Source: an uncultured Pseudomonadales bacterium
GTDB lineage: Bacteria; Patescibacteriota; Microgenomatia; UBA1400; CG1-02-47-37
Assembly: GCA_964630755.1 (NCBI GenBank)
Contig: CAZVYS010000001.1
Span: forward strand, 25,893 to 89,892
DNA: 64,000 bases
Direction: 5' to 3'
In this document: positions 10,085 to 19,171 of the stretch, piece after piece
How positions within the stretch are numbered: the first letter of the stretch is position 1
Layout of the letters: each line of letters opens with the position of its first letter
Translations under genes and position numbers: made by a program
The notes under the pieces: model-generated
What the model was told of the DNA's origin: nothing
Seen by the model: the letters and a program-made list of their open reading frames with translations, nothing else
Databases searched by the model: none

Positions 10085-10903
10085 CTAATCTGCAAGAGGA
10101 ATTGAGTCTTTAAGGCTGAATTTTCCAACTTTAAGACGCTTGATGTTTAAAGCAAGGGCGGGAATATTTAGTTTTTGGCCAATGTTATTAGCTAACGAAC
10201 GCATATAAGTACCAGATGAGCAAGAAATCTTAAGAGTGGCAGTGGAAAAAGTATTAATGGAGTTTTGATTAAAGAATGCTTGCCAAGTCTTTTTAATTTG
10301 GGATTGTCGAAAGTCTCCTTTTACTAGTTTAATTGATTGAAGTATGTGCTTTTTGAGACTAATAGCAGAAATTCTGTTTATTGAAATTAGATTAATAGAG
10401 TTAATGGTGATTTTTCGAGTGGGAATTTTGATTTTATTTAGCTGATTAGTCCGAGCGTAATAGAAAAGCGGCCTACCTTTAACAGTTTTAGATGAATAGG
10501 GTGGATAAACTTGAACTTGAGGACCAATATAGCTTGGTAAAAGACCTTCAAGGTTGGACCTTGAAGGTTGGTGTCTCGAGAGTCTATTTGTTATAGGCTT
10601 AGAAAGCCTACCTTCAAGGTTGGACCTTGAAGGGTGAGAAGGTAGACCAAGAAAGTCGTAAGTGTCGGTGGAGACACCAAAGACAATTGTTAGCTGATAT
10701 GTTTTATCAAGATTAAGATATTGAGCTTTAAGCTTTTCAGTGGGATCAAGAATAATTAACAACACCCCCTCAGCTAAAGGGTCTAGCCGACCAGCATAGG
10801 TAAGTTTTTGATTTATTAGCTCAGGTTTTAGCTGTTGAAGCCTGTTAATGGCTTGAAGAGGCGTAAAACCTACAGGTTTATTTAAGTTGAAAATCTTTGC
10901 CAT
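10085..10903 (-). CDS. truB: tRNA pseudouridine(55) synthase TruB-like, no PUA domain, with palindrome-derived insert
   Basis: KPVGFT, AGRLDPLAEG, STDTYD, PPYSS, CSSGTYMRSL. Confidence 0.85.
   Translation of the reverse strand: MAKIFNLNKPVGFTPLQAINRLQQLKPELINQKLTYAGRLDPLAEGVLLIILDPTEKLKAQYLNLDKTYQLTIVFGVSTDTYDFLGLPSHPSRSNLEGRLSKPITNRLSRHQPSRSNLEGLLPSYIGPQVQVYPPYSSKTVKGRPLFYYARTNQLNKIKIPTRKITINSINLISINRISAISLKKHILQSIKLVKGDFRQSQIKKTWQAFFNQNSINTFSTATLKISCSSGTYMRSLANNIGQKLNIPALALNIKRLKVGKFSLKDSIPLAD
10544..10633. repeat. Palindrome cluster inside truB: two identical family-A copies 66 bp apart plus inner hairpins
   Basis: CCTTCAAGGTTGGACCTTGAAGG at 10545 and 10611, each encoding PSRSNLEG; TAGGCTT-AGA-AAGCCTA between them. 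Confidence 0.9.
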
Positions 10904-12570
10904 ATGAATAAATCCTTAAAAGTTAATTGGCCGTCATTATTAGTATCAAGGGGCAGTAAAGTTTTAAATTGAATTTGGGTAGAAGAAGAATTTAAGGTAG
11001 AGATAGTTTGACGAGGTAAATAAAATGGCTTTAGTAACACAAATCGGTAAATAGTTTCAGGGATGACGCTGTAAAGTTTAATTGGTTGACTAAGTTGGTT
11101 TTTAAGATTAACGGCCATTTCTTTAACTAAGGTTTGATCCTGGTTATAGATTAAAAGCTGGTAATCAGTCTCTGATCTATCTTTAATAAATAGTCGTTTA
11201 GCTTTGATGATCAAGCTTGGAGGGGGAATTACTTTAATGGTGTTACTGAATTCTTCCCCAAAAAGAGAAAGATTGGTTTGAAGTTGAAAATTAAGCTGAT
11301 ACTCCCCTGGTGTTTCTGGAGTAGTTAGATCAATAGTAAAAGTATGATCAGAAAAAGGTTTAGTTGATTCAAGTTTTGTAATTGTAATGTTATTAGTCGG
11401 AAAATCGCCGGTTGGTTTTAAGAAGAAATCTTGATTCCAAATAGATTGTCCAGTGTTTTTGAAAGTGGTCGAAAACCGATAAGTAGAAGAGTCAATTAAT
11501 TGACTGGGGATGTTTGACGAAATTAATTGACTATTATGAATTTGAACTGGTTGCCCAGAATTTTTTTCTAAGTTTTTAACTGCATAATAATGTGGGAAAA
11601 AATCATCGGTGTTTGGTTCTTGCCAAGCAAATTGACTAAAAGGTGGTTGAGGATAATTTAAAACAAAAGGAGTGATGGCCACTAGGTTTTTTTGATTCCA
11701 GATAGAAGTAAAGGCAGTGGTAAAAAAATCAGATAAGGCAGAGGTTTGATTGGTAGTTGCACCTAAAACTTTGCCTTGCTGGTGTATCCAGCCGGTTTCG
11801 GTTATAAAAATAGGCAAGTTTGATTTTAAGTTATATTTTGAAAGATAAGAAATTTCAGCTTGATAGCTTCTAAGACTACCAAATCCCTGACCGGAAACTG
11901 GGCCAGAAAATCCAGGATTAGGGTAAGAATGAGAATTCCAACCATCGAAAAGAGTAAAGATTTGATTATCTTCTTGATGCATTTGTCGCCAGTATTCAGT
12001 GGCTGTCATGGTTTGAGAAGAATTAGGGGCAGCAGTGTCAAAACCGGCTGGCAAGATAAAGTAATCTTTGGATGATTCTTTTAAAGCTGAGTGGAAAGCC
12101 TTGGTAATGGTGACATATTCTTGAGGATTGATATCTCCACCCCATTCTTTTTTATGATTTGGTTCATTAAATAAAACTAGGTAGCGATTTTGAATCACCC
12201 AGTTTAATGAATCAAGAAACTTAACCCAATTATCAATATCTTTAAGCTCTGGTTTGGCCCAATAATCAGAAACTGGCTTGGTGGCAATTCTAACAATTGG
12301 AATAAGTTTTAACTTTCGACATTGATCAAAAATTTTCTGCCATTTATCAAGATTTTGATCGTTTTGACGGATAACGAGAGTGACATAGCCCCATTGACCT
12401 TTTTGACTATTAACTAGTTTGGCGGCAGCTTCTAGGTCATCTATCTCTAAAACATGAATGCCGAATTTATTATTGCTAACTGATAGTGGATCAGAAACAG
12501 CTTTGATCGGCTTTACAAACCAAAAAAAGCAGATTACAAAAACCAGAAAAATACTAATAATTCGTTTCAT
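10882..12570 (-). CDS. Secreted GH-A clan glycoside hydrolase-like protein with Ig-like domain and dockerin/EF-hand-like tail
   Basis: Signal peptide, FNEPN and ITETGW putative catalytic Glu motifs, KNTGQSIW Ig-like motif, DTNNDGQLTFKD. Confidence 0.6.
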   Translation of the reverse strand: MKRIISIFLVFVICFFWFVKPIKAVSDPLSVSNNKFGIHVLEIDDLEAAAKLVNSQKGQWGYVTLVIRQNDQNLDKWQKIFDQCRKLKLIPIVRIATKPVSDYWAKPELKDIDNWVKFLDSLNWVIQNRYLVLFNEPNHKKEWGGDINPQEYVTITKAFHSALKESSKDYFILPAGFDTAAPNSSQTMTATEYWRQMHQEDNQIFTLFDGWNSHSYPNPGFSGPVSGQGFGSLRSYQAEISYLSKYNLKSNLPIFITETGWIHQQGKVLGATTNQTSALSDFFTTAFTSIWNQKNLVAITPFVLNYPQPPFSQFAWQEPNTDDFFPHYYAVKNLEKNSGQPVQIHNSQLISSNIPSQLIDSSTYRFSTTFKNTGQSIWNQDFFLKPTGDFPTNNITITKLESTKPFSDHTFTIDLTTPETPGEYQLNFQLQTNLSLFGEEFSNTIKVIPPPSLIIKAKRLFIKDRSETDYQLLIYNQDQTLVKEMAVNLKNQLSQPIKLYSVIPETIYRFVLLKPFYLPRQTISTLNSSSTQIQFKTLLPLDTNNDGQLTFKDLFIWQRFST

Positions 12571-12579
12571 GAATGGATA

Positions 12580-13380
12580 TTATACCTGTTTTGGAAATTT
12601 GGCTGTATAAGGATAATTAATCGGACCTAAGGGAATCCGATCTTGAGGATCATCTACAAATAAAACAATTGTTTTGCCCTTAGTGGCTTTTGGGTAATAA
12701 CCTAAGTCATGCATAACTTGAGGAGAACCGCCAAATTTTTTACCAGTCCATTTGGCTGGACCAGCATCGGCAATAACAGCAATAACAGCAGCGCCATTAC
12801 TAGGATTGATAACAATTACTTTTCGATATTTATACCAGCCTCTTAACTCTCTGAGGTCTTTTTTCCAGTTGGGTAAGTACAAAGTCTGAGCAGCAATATA
12901 ATATTGTTCCATTTGGATATCTTTTTTAGATAATGCGCTTTTATTACCTGCCCAAAAACCCCAAGCGGCTTTACCTGGCGCTACTCCGGCTTGAGGAAAA
13001 CTACGATTATTGGTTGAAGTATCACCAGGATAACGCATTAAGTGTTGCTCTAAGCCCATAAGGCCAATTTGGTGATTTAAACGATTGCCATCTAGGCTAG
13101 CAACAGCTTTGACTCCTAAAGTTTTCTTGATGCTATTTTCTAGTTTTTTTTCCTCTTTATTAGTTAAAACCCTTGAAGATTTAGGCAAGACTTTATTAAG
13201 AAGATCTAAAAGTAGTTTTTTTAGTTCTTGCGATGTAATCAATCCTAAGGGAGCACGAAGAGCAGCTGGTTTATCTGGTAAAGCTTTTAAGTTTTGAGAG
13301 CCAGAGGATAAGAGTAAGCTACCGGCTAAGGTGGCAGAAGTTAAAAACTTTTTTGTATCTTTAGATGATTTTTTGGGCAT
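12580..13380 (-). CDS. Hypothetical protein with possible C-terminal DPBB/RlpA-like domain
   Basis: KVIVINP..G.AVIAVIADAGP resembles double-psi beta-barrel motif. Confidence 0.45.
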   Translation of the reverse strand: MPKKSSKDTKKFLTSATLAGSLLLSSGSQNLKALPDKPAALRAPLGLITSQELKKLLLDLLNKVLPKSSRVLTNKEEKKLENSIKKTLGVKAVASLDGNRLNHQIGLMGLEQHLMRYPGDTSTNNRSFPQAGVAPGKAAWGFWAGNKSALSKKDIQMEQYYIAAQTLYLPNWKKDLRELRGWYKYRKVIVINPSNGAAVIAVIADAGPAKWTGKKFGGSPQVMHDLGYYPKATKGKTIVLFVDDPQDRIPLGPINYPYTAKFPKQV

Positions 13381-14797
13381 GTTTCAAGCGTTTAATGACT
13401 TCTTTTTGGCCTAAAATGCATAAAACGTCAAATAAAGGCGGTGTAGCTGATCTGCCAGTAACAGCTAAACGAATGGTCATAAAGGCGGGTCTTGGTTTGA
13501 AACCGCAGGTAGATTGCAATTCTTTTAAGGTTGATTCTATTTTCCCCACTGTCCAGGCGTTTAGCTTAACAAGAGTTGACTCAACTTGAGATAGAAATTT
13601 GGCAGTGGCCTTGGAATCGGCCTTGGATTCTTTGAAAATAGCTTTTATATCTATTTGAGGATCGGAAACAAAGTACTGAGTAAGGTATTCTAATTCTGAT
13701 AGTTTTTCGATTCTCTCTTTGATTAAAGGCCAGATAGTTTTTAGCTTCTGGTCTGATAAGCCTTGAGGTTGAAAATCTTTGAGGCGCTTAAACATCTCTT
13801 CGTTTGACAGCTTTTTAATCCACTGGGAATTAAGCCAGTTAAGTTTGTCAAGGTCAGCAATTGGCCCTTGAATATGCAAGTTTTTAAAATCAAAGTGTTT
13901 AGATAAATTTTCAAGATTAAAAACTTCTTTGCCTTGAGGATGATTCCAGGCTCGGGTGGCTAGAAAATTAATAACGGCTTCTTTGAGATAACCTTGGGTT
14001 TGATACCAAGAAACAGATGCATGGCCATGTCTTTTACTGAGCTTAGACCGATCTTTATTTCTTAAAAGAGGAGTGTGGATAAAAACAGGCATCTGCCATT
14101 TAAAATATTCATACAAAAGAACGTGTTTTGGAGCAGAACTTAGCCATTCTTCACCTCTAACCATATGAGTAATTTTCATTAAATGGTCATCGACTACTAC
14201 AGCTAAGTGATAAGTTGGAAAACCATCTGATTTAAGTAAAATTTGATCGTCAATCAGATTACTATCAAATTCAATTTGGCCTCTAAGAAGATCGTTGACT
14301 ACTATGGTTTTTTTTGCTGGAACTTTTAAACGAATAACAAAAGGGTTTGATTGAGATTTTATTTTGGTAGTTTTTGGATCGAGCTTTCGACATTTTTGAT
14401 CATACATTGGTGGTTTGTTTGTTTTTTGCAATTGTTTTCTAATCTGATCGATTCTAGTTTGCGAGCAAAAACAATAATAAGCCTTGTTATCTTTGATTAA
14501 TTGTTGAGCGTGTTTTTGGTATATTTTTAATCTTTCAGATTGCCGATAAGGACCAAAATCTCCACCGTGGTTTGAAGATTCATCTGGATTTAGGTCAAGC
14601 CAGCTTAAGCTATTAAAAATAGCCTTTTCAGAAGACTTTACTTGGCGCTTTTTATCAGTATCTTCGATGCGAACAATGAATGACCCTTGGTGTTTTTTGG
14701 CATAAACATAGTTAAACAATGCCTGAAATAAAGTGCCAATATGTGGGTCTCCAGTTGGTGAAGGAGCTAAACGAGTTCTAACCATAATTCTATTCAT
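13361..14797 (-). CDS. gltX: Glutamate--tRNA ligase
   Basis: RTRLAPSPTG, HIGT, RIEDTD, KLSKR. Confidence 0.97.
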   Translation of the reverse strand: MNRIMVRTRLAPSPTGDPHIGTLFQALFNYVYAKKHQGSFIVRIEDTDKKRQVKSSEKAIFNSLSWLDLNPDESSNHGGDFGPYRQSERLKIYQKHAQQLIKDNKAYYCFCSQTRIDQIRKQLQKTNKPPMYDQKCRKLDPKTTKIKSQSNPFVIRLKVPAKKTIVVNDLLRGQIEFDSNLIDDQILLKSDGFPTYHLAVVVDDHLMKITHMVRGEEWLSSAPKHVLLYEYFKWQMPVFIHTPLLRNKDRSKLSKRHGHASVSWYQTQGYLKEAVINFLATRAWNHPQGKEVFNLENLSKHFDFKNLHIQGPIADLDKLNWLNSQWIKKLSNEEMFKRLKDFQPQGLSDQKLKTIWPLIKERIEKLSELEYLTQYFVSDPQIDIKAIFKESKADSKATAKFLSQVESTLVKLNAWTVGKIESTLKELQSTCGFKPRPAFMTIRLAVTGRSATPPLFDVLCILGQKEVIKRLKHAQKII

Positions 14798-14839
14798 TGC
14801 TTGAATTGTATCAGAGGGACAAGTTATACTCAAAGAGCT

Positions 14840-15913
14840 ATGGCGACTCTGACTGAAACTGCAGTTAATGCTAGAAAAGCGATTAAAGTGGGTGGATTAC
14901 TTATCGGAGTTTTTTTATTTTTTAAATTTAGTGTTTTTGTTTATGATAATTTTTTGAAAGTAGTTAAACCAGCTCCACTAAAAGCTCCAGCAGCAGAGTT
15001 TGGAAAACTACCATCAATTAATTTTCCTGAAAAACTTCATCCAGAATTAACTTTAAGATTGGAAACTCCTACGGGGGGAACTCCTGATCTTGGAGATCGA
15101 ACAACGGTCTATTTAATGCCGACTTCTCGATCTTATTTTGGAGCTCTTGATAAAGCTAAGGAAACAGCTAAGAAAATGAATTTTAGAAATAATCCAAAAG
15201 AAATTACTGAAAGAAGATATTCATGGGAATCAAGTGATTTCCTGCCAAGCACTTTAGAAATGGATATAGTAACTGGCTCTTTTTCATTAAAACGAAATTG
15301 GCAAGCAGATCCAACCATATTATCTGATAAACAATTGCCTGGGAAAGAACAGGCAGTGGTTGAAACCAAAAACTTTTTAAGACAGGCGGGTTTGATGAAT
15401 AATGAGCTTGAAAATGCAAAGATAGAGATTTCCTACTTAACTTTTTCAGCTGGTCAATATCTTGAAGCAGTTAGTTTATCAGAAGCTGATTTTGTTCAAG
15501 CTGATTTATTTAGGGCAGATATAGAAGAAAAGCCTTTGTTAACTCAAACTCCAGAAAAAGGAATCGTGAGTATTATTTTTTCAGGATCAAGAGAAGCAGA
15601 AAAACGAGTAATCAAGGCTGAGTTTAACTACAATCAAGTAGATATTAATCAAATTGGTGCTTATCCAATTAAAGCAGCCAGTCAGGCATGGCGAGAGCTA
15701 CAAACCAGACAAGGCTATATTGCTAGTATTGGGGAAAACGCAGGTGGAGTAGTAGCAATTAGAAGAATCTACTTAGGATACTTTGATGCTGAAGTATCTC
15801 AAGGATTTTTGTTGCCGATTATTGTTTTTGAAGGAGATAATGGTTTTTTTGGATTTGTGCAAGCAGTTACAGATGACTGGCTTCAGACAAATCCTGCCAT
15901 TGATGATTTGTAA
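14840..15913 (+). CDS. Hypothetical membrane-anchored protein
   Basis: Long ORF with single N-terminal TM; ATG 14840 follows TATACT. Confidence 0.6.
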   Translation: MATLTETAVNARKAIKVGGLLIGVFLFFKFSVFVYDNFLKVVKPAPLKAPAAEFGKLPSINFPEKLHPELTLRLETPTGGTPDLGDRTTVYLMPTSRSYFGALDKAKETAKKMNFRNNPKEITERRYSWESSDFLPSTLEMDIVTGSFSLKRNWQADPTILSDKQLPGKEQAVVETKNFLRQAGLMNNELENAKIEISYLTFSAGQYLEAVSLSEADFVQADLFRADIEEKPLLTQTPEKGIVSIIFSGSREAEKRVIKAEFNYNQVDINQIGAYPIKAASQAWRELQTRQGYIASIGENAGGVVAIRRIYLGYFDAEVSQGFLLPIIVFEGDNGFFGFVQAVTDDWLQTNPAIDDL

Positions 15914-16823
15914 AAGCCCAGTTTATAAGAAGAGAGCTTTCTTGAAATCGATCAAGACTTCCTAGAATAACGGTAATAATCTCTTTATCCCCTCTTTTTG
16001 TGTAAGTAACTAAACACTCACCAGCCAACTCTGTCCAGCCGGTTTTGACACCTTTTAATCCCTTAATAGCACCTAATAGCTGATTAATGGTTTCTAGCTC
16101 ATGAGTAATAGTGTTGTCAACATTGTAAACAGTAATGTTTTGGGTGTTAACAATTTTTCTAAAAATGGGGTTTTCCATAGCATGGGCAGCTAGTAAACTT
16201 AAGTCATGAACTGTGGTGTAATGACCATAATTATCTAAACCAGTGGGGTTTTGAAATTGAGTATCAGTAAGATTAAGTTCAGTTAGTTTATGATTCATGG
16301 CCTTGACAAAACCAGCCTCTTTTTGTGGATGATAATTAGCTAAGGCTGCAGCGGCGTCATTTCCAGATTGAACTAGTAAACCGTAAAGTAAGTTTTCAAC
16401 GGTAATTTCCTCATGAAACTCTAACTCCATTGATTGACCTTCGGTGACTAAAGAATCAATCTTCACAACATCGTCAAGATCAAAAACTTCTAAAGCAATT
16501 AGGGCAGTCATGATTTTGGTGGTAGAAGCTGGCAAGAGTTTTAAATCTTGATTTTTATTAAAAAGCATTGCTTTGGAATTAACATCAACTACAATAGCTG
16601 AACGGGCAGTTATGTACGGAGCTAATATGCCCGTATGATTAACTGGATATTCTGAAGTGGAACTAGATTGGATATTTATTGGCCTAACTAAAGGACTTGA
16701 TTGATCAATGTTAAGGTTAAGATAATAGTTTTTGGCAGGAATAAAGATAAGAACAAAGATAGCTAAGATAAGATTAAGCTTAAGATAAGGAGTTTTTTTG
16801 ACAAAGGCTATGAATTTGTCCAT
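15867..16823 (-). CDS. D-alanyl-D-alanine carboxypeptidase (peptidase S11)
   Basis: PASTTK (SxxK), SGN, NPTGL, KTG. Confidence 0.92.
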   Translation of the reverse strand: MDKFIAFVKKTPYLKLNLILAIFVLIFIPAKNYYLNLNIDQSSPLVRPINIQSSSTSEYPVNHTGILAPYITARSAIVVDVNSKAMLFNKNQDLKLLPASTTKIMTALIALEVFDLDDVVKIDSLVTEGQSMELEFHEEITVENLLYGLLVQSGNDAAAALANYHPQKEAGFVKAMNHKLTELNLTDTQFQNPTGLDNYGHYTTVHDLSLLAAHAMENPIFRKIVNTQNITVYNVDNTITHELETINQLLGAIKGLKGVKTGWTELAGECLVTYTKRGDKEIITVILGSLDRFQESSLLINWAFTNHQWQDLSEASHL

Positions 16824-16827
16824 GGAA

Positions 16828-18699
16828 TTAGTTAACAAATTCACCCAGTTTTGGATTAACAAGATCGATAAAATCCTGATAGTTCATTTTAATAGATTTT
16901 TCGTGTAGGCCAGCGTTAAATACTATTTTTTTATTTTTCCCGAGTTTTTTATCGACAAAAACCGATACATCGAATAAATTCCCAAATGGTGGAACTGAGC
17001 CAATCTTTAAACCAGTAAGGTTAGTAACTTCAGTTTCTGTGGCCATTCTTAAATCTTTGACGTTAAAGGCTTTTTTAAAGGCTTTTGAATCTACTTTAGT
17101 GGCAGCGGATAAGACTAGCATGATTGGTTTTTTGTCGGCCATCATAACAAGAGCTTTAGCGCCTTGTTTGATCTTGGTTCCTCGAACTTTTGCAGCTTCA
17201 AGGCTTGTAAAAACTGGCTGGTGCTCAAAAGTTTTGTATTTAAGTTGATGCTTATCAAGTAAATTTATGATTTTTTGGTTAACTTCAAGGCCCTTGGGGC
17301 TTAACTTCTGGCCAATGGTTTTAATATGTAGTTCAATTAACTGCTCAGTATCTGGTAGACTAGGGGCATCAACCACAGCTGTTTGACCGGAAGAAATGGC
17401 CGGAAAAGCCATGACTTCGCGGATGCTTTTTTCACCTAAAATAACCATTAAAAAGCGGTCAAGCCCTGGAGCAATACCACCATGGGGTGGAACACCGTGC
17501 TTGAAAGCGGTTAGCATGTGCTCGAATTTTTGTTTTTGTTTTTGGGTAAAACCAATTAATTCAAAGACTTTTTCTTGAACTTTTGGATCATGGATCCTAA
17601 TGGAACCACCACCGACTTCATAACCATTTAAGACCAGGTCATGCTGAAGGCCACGAACTTTTAATGGATTTGTTTTTAGTAATTTTAGGTCATCTTGATG
17701 AGGAGAAGTAAACATGTGATGACTTGGAGCAAATTCAGCTTTACCTGATCCATGGAAAAAATCTTCCTCTGATTGTTTGTTAAATAAAGGAAAGTCAATA
17801 ATCCAAGCAAAAGCTAGCTCGTCTTTATCTTTTTTGTTTTTCCGAAGATCAGGTTTATCTGAACCATATTTGGCTTGCGCTTCAGCATGAGAAATTCTTG
17901 GCCAAGGAGATTTTGAGATCTTTTTTTCTGGAAAGATTTCTTTAATTAATTTAGTAAATAAATCCTCTGTTAATTTTAAGATGTCGTCTTGAGTTACAAA
18001 AGACATTTCTAGATCAAGCTGAGTAAACTCACCATAAGCTCGATCTGCTCGCGGGTCTTCGTCACGGAAGCATCTTGCAATCTGAAAATATCTTTCAAAG
18101 CCAGCTACCATCAGTAATTGTTTGTACTGTTGTGGACTTTGGGGTAAAGCGTAAAAATTACCGGGTTGTAAGCGTGATGGAACTAAAAAATCTCGAGCTC
18201 CTTCTGGAGTAGTTTTGGTAAGAATTGGAGTTTCGATTTCAACAAAATCTTTGTTAGTTAAAAAATCTCGGATAAATTTAAATACCTTGGATCGAATTTT
18301 CATGTTTTGGTTCATTCTAGGTCTTCGAAGATCAAGATAACGGTATTTTTGTCGGATTTTTTCTTCTATGTTCAAACCATCAGTGTCTATAGGTAGTGGC
18401 ATTTCTTTTGATTTGGTTAAAACTTTAATTTTTTCAGCCTTGATTTCGACTGTGCCAGTTTTAAGTTTAGGGTTAGTGTAACCTTTGCCTCTTTTAACTA
18501 CCTTGCCTTGAACTTCGACAACATACTCTGGTTTTAGCTCGATTTTTAGATTTTCAACAACTACTTGGATTAGACCAGATCGATCGCGAAGATCAAAAAA
18601 GACAATCTTGCCATGTCCCCTAATAGAATTAACCCAACCCTTGAGGGTGACTGACTTGTTATTTTGGGTGGCGGTTTCAAGGGCGAGTGTTCTTTTCAT
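16828..18699 (-). CDS. aspS: Aspartate--tRNA ligase (short, GAD-less, likely non-discriminating) fused to C-terminal YbaK/ProX-like domain
   Basis: FFDLRDRSG, TPEGARDF, LPQSPQ, FRDED, GGGSIRI, PPHGGIAPGLDR; then ~150 aa with EHQPVFT, AKAL, GSVPPFG, FNAG. Confidence 0.93.
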   Translation of the reverse strand: MKRTLALETATQNNKSVTLKGWVNSIRGHGKIVFFDLRDRSGLIQVVVENLKIELKPEYVVEVQGKVVKRGKGYTNPKLKTGTVEIKAEKIKVLTKSKEMPLPIDTDGLNIEEKIRQKYRYLDLRRPRMNQNMKIRSKVFKFIRDFLTNKDFVEIETPILTKTTPEGARDFLVPSRLQPGNFYALPQSPQQYKQLLMVAGFERYFQIARCFRDEDPRADRAYGEFTQLDLEMSFVTQDDILKLTEDLFTKLIKEIFPEKKISKSPWPRISHAEAQAKYGSDKPDLRKNKKDKDELAFAWIIDFPLFNKQSEEDFFHGSGKAEFAPSHHMFTSPHQDDLKLLKTNPLKVRGLQHDLVLNGYEVGGGSIRIHDPKVQEKVFELIGFTQKQKQKFEHMLTAFKHGVPPHGGIAPGLDRFLMVILGEKSIREVMAFPAISSGQTAVVDAPSLPDTEQLIELHIKTIGQKLSPKGLEVNQKIINLLDKHQLKYKTFEHQPVFTSLEAAKVRGTKIKQGAKALVMMADKKPIMLVLSAATKVDSKAFKKAFNVKDLRMATETEVTNLTGLKIGSVPPFGNLFDVSVFVDKKLGKNKKIVFNAGLHEKSIKMNYQDFIDLVNPKLGEFVN

Positions 18700-18728
18700 G
18701 TATTTGATTGTATCGGTAAATCTAAGGG

Positions 18729-18756
18729 TTGACAAGAATAGATAGTTTGATAAGAT
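18729..18756 (+). promoter_or_regulatory. Sigma70-type promoter for the leader-peptide transcript
   Basis: TTGACA (18729) -16 nt- TAAGAT with extended TG; ATG 6 nt after the -10 box. Confidence 0.6.
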
Positions 18757-18762
18757 AACTAG

Positions 18763-18864
18763 ATGCAAAAAAACATTTTATTTAACCGCCTTATTATTAC
18801 GGACCGAATTGAGTCTATCCTTTTTGGAATTCTCAGCAACTTAGGTCGGGAGGCAGTTAAGTAA
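18763..18864 (+). CDS. Putative leaderless leader peptide, 33 aa (MQKNILFNRLIITDRIESILFGILSNLGREAVK)
   Basis: ORF starts at the predicted +1 and contains GGGAGG complementary to the downstream terminator arm. Confidence 0.5.
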   Translation: MQKNILFNRLIITDRIESILFGILSNLGREAVK

Positions 18865-18889
18865 AGTTTTAATAAATAAATTACTAAGC

Positions 18890-18913
18890 ACCTCCCACTC
18901 GGGAGGTTTTTTT
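18890..18913 (+). terminator. Intrinsic terminator / attenuator
   Basis: ACCTCCC-ACTC-GGGAGGT followed by a T run. Confidence 0.75.
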
Positions 18914-18939
18914 ATGCACCAAAGGGGGTGAAAGAAAAT

Positions 18940-19128
18940 ATGAAAAATGTAGAATCGAGAACAAAAATTTCTCCATATACGTTTAATGGAGTTGAATTTC
19001 GTGATCCTGGGAATGGCCCTTTAGATCCAGGTGATGGAGGAAGTGACGAGGGCCCAATCTCTCCAGGTGATACAGGTGCACCAGGTGTCGTATATCAAAC
19101 GGAGCGTGCTTCTCAAGCTCGTAATTAA
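18940..19128 (+). CDS. Small acidic Pro/Gly/Asp-repeat protein (62 aa)
   Basis: Strong SD AAGGGGGTGA 8 nt before ATG 18940; DPGN/DPGD/SPGD repeats. Confidence 0.6.
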   Translation: MKNVESRTKISPYTFNGVEFRDPGNGPLDPGDGGSDEGPISPGDTGAPGVVYQTERASQARN

Positions 19129-19144
19129 TACTTAAATATATACT

Positions 19145-19171
19145 AGCCTACGAGGAGAGTCCTTGTAGGCT
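19145..19171. repeat. Family-A palindrome between convergent genes
   Basis: AGCCTACGAGGA-GAG-TCCTTGTAGGCT. Confidence 0.75.

Noticed and set aside
10545-10633. Two identical 23-bp palindromes as a mini CRISPR array
   Set aside because: Only two units, inside an intact coding frame, spacer itself made of palindromes, no cas operon; the same motif is dispersed across the window
17286-17296. CAAGG-C-CCTTG in the AspRS-YbaK linker as a family-A copy
   Set aside because: Wrong central spacing and too short to exceed chance
18700-18768. N-terminal extension of AspRS in the ORF track
   Set aside because: Covers divergent promoters; ATG 18699 has a -10 box 7 nt upstream and a typical AspRS start
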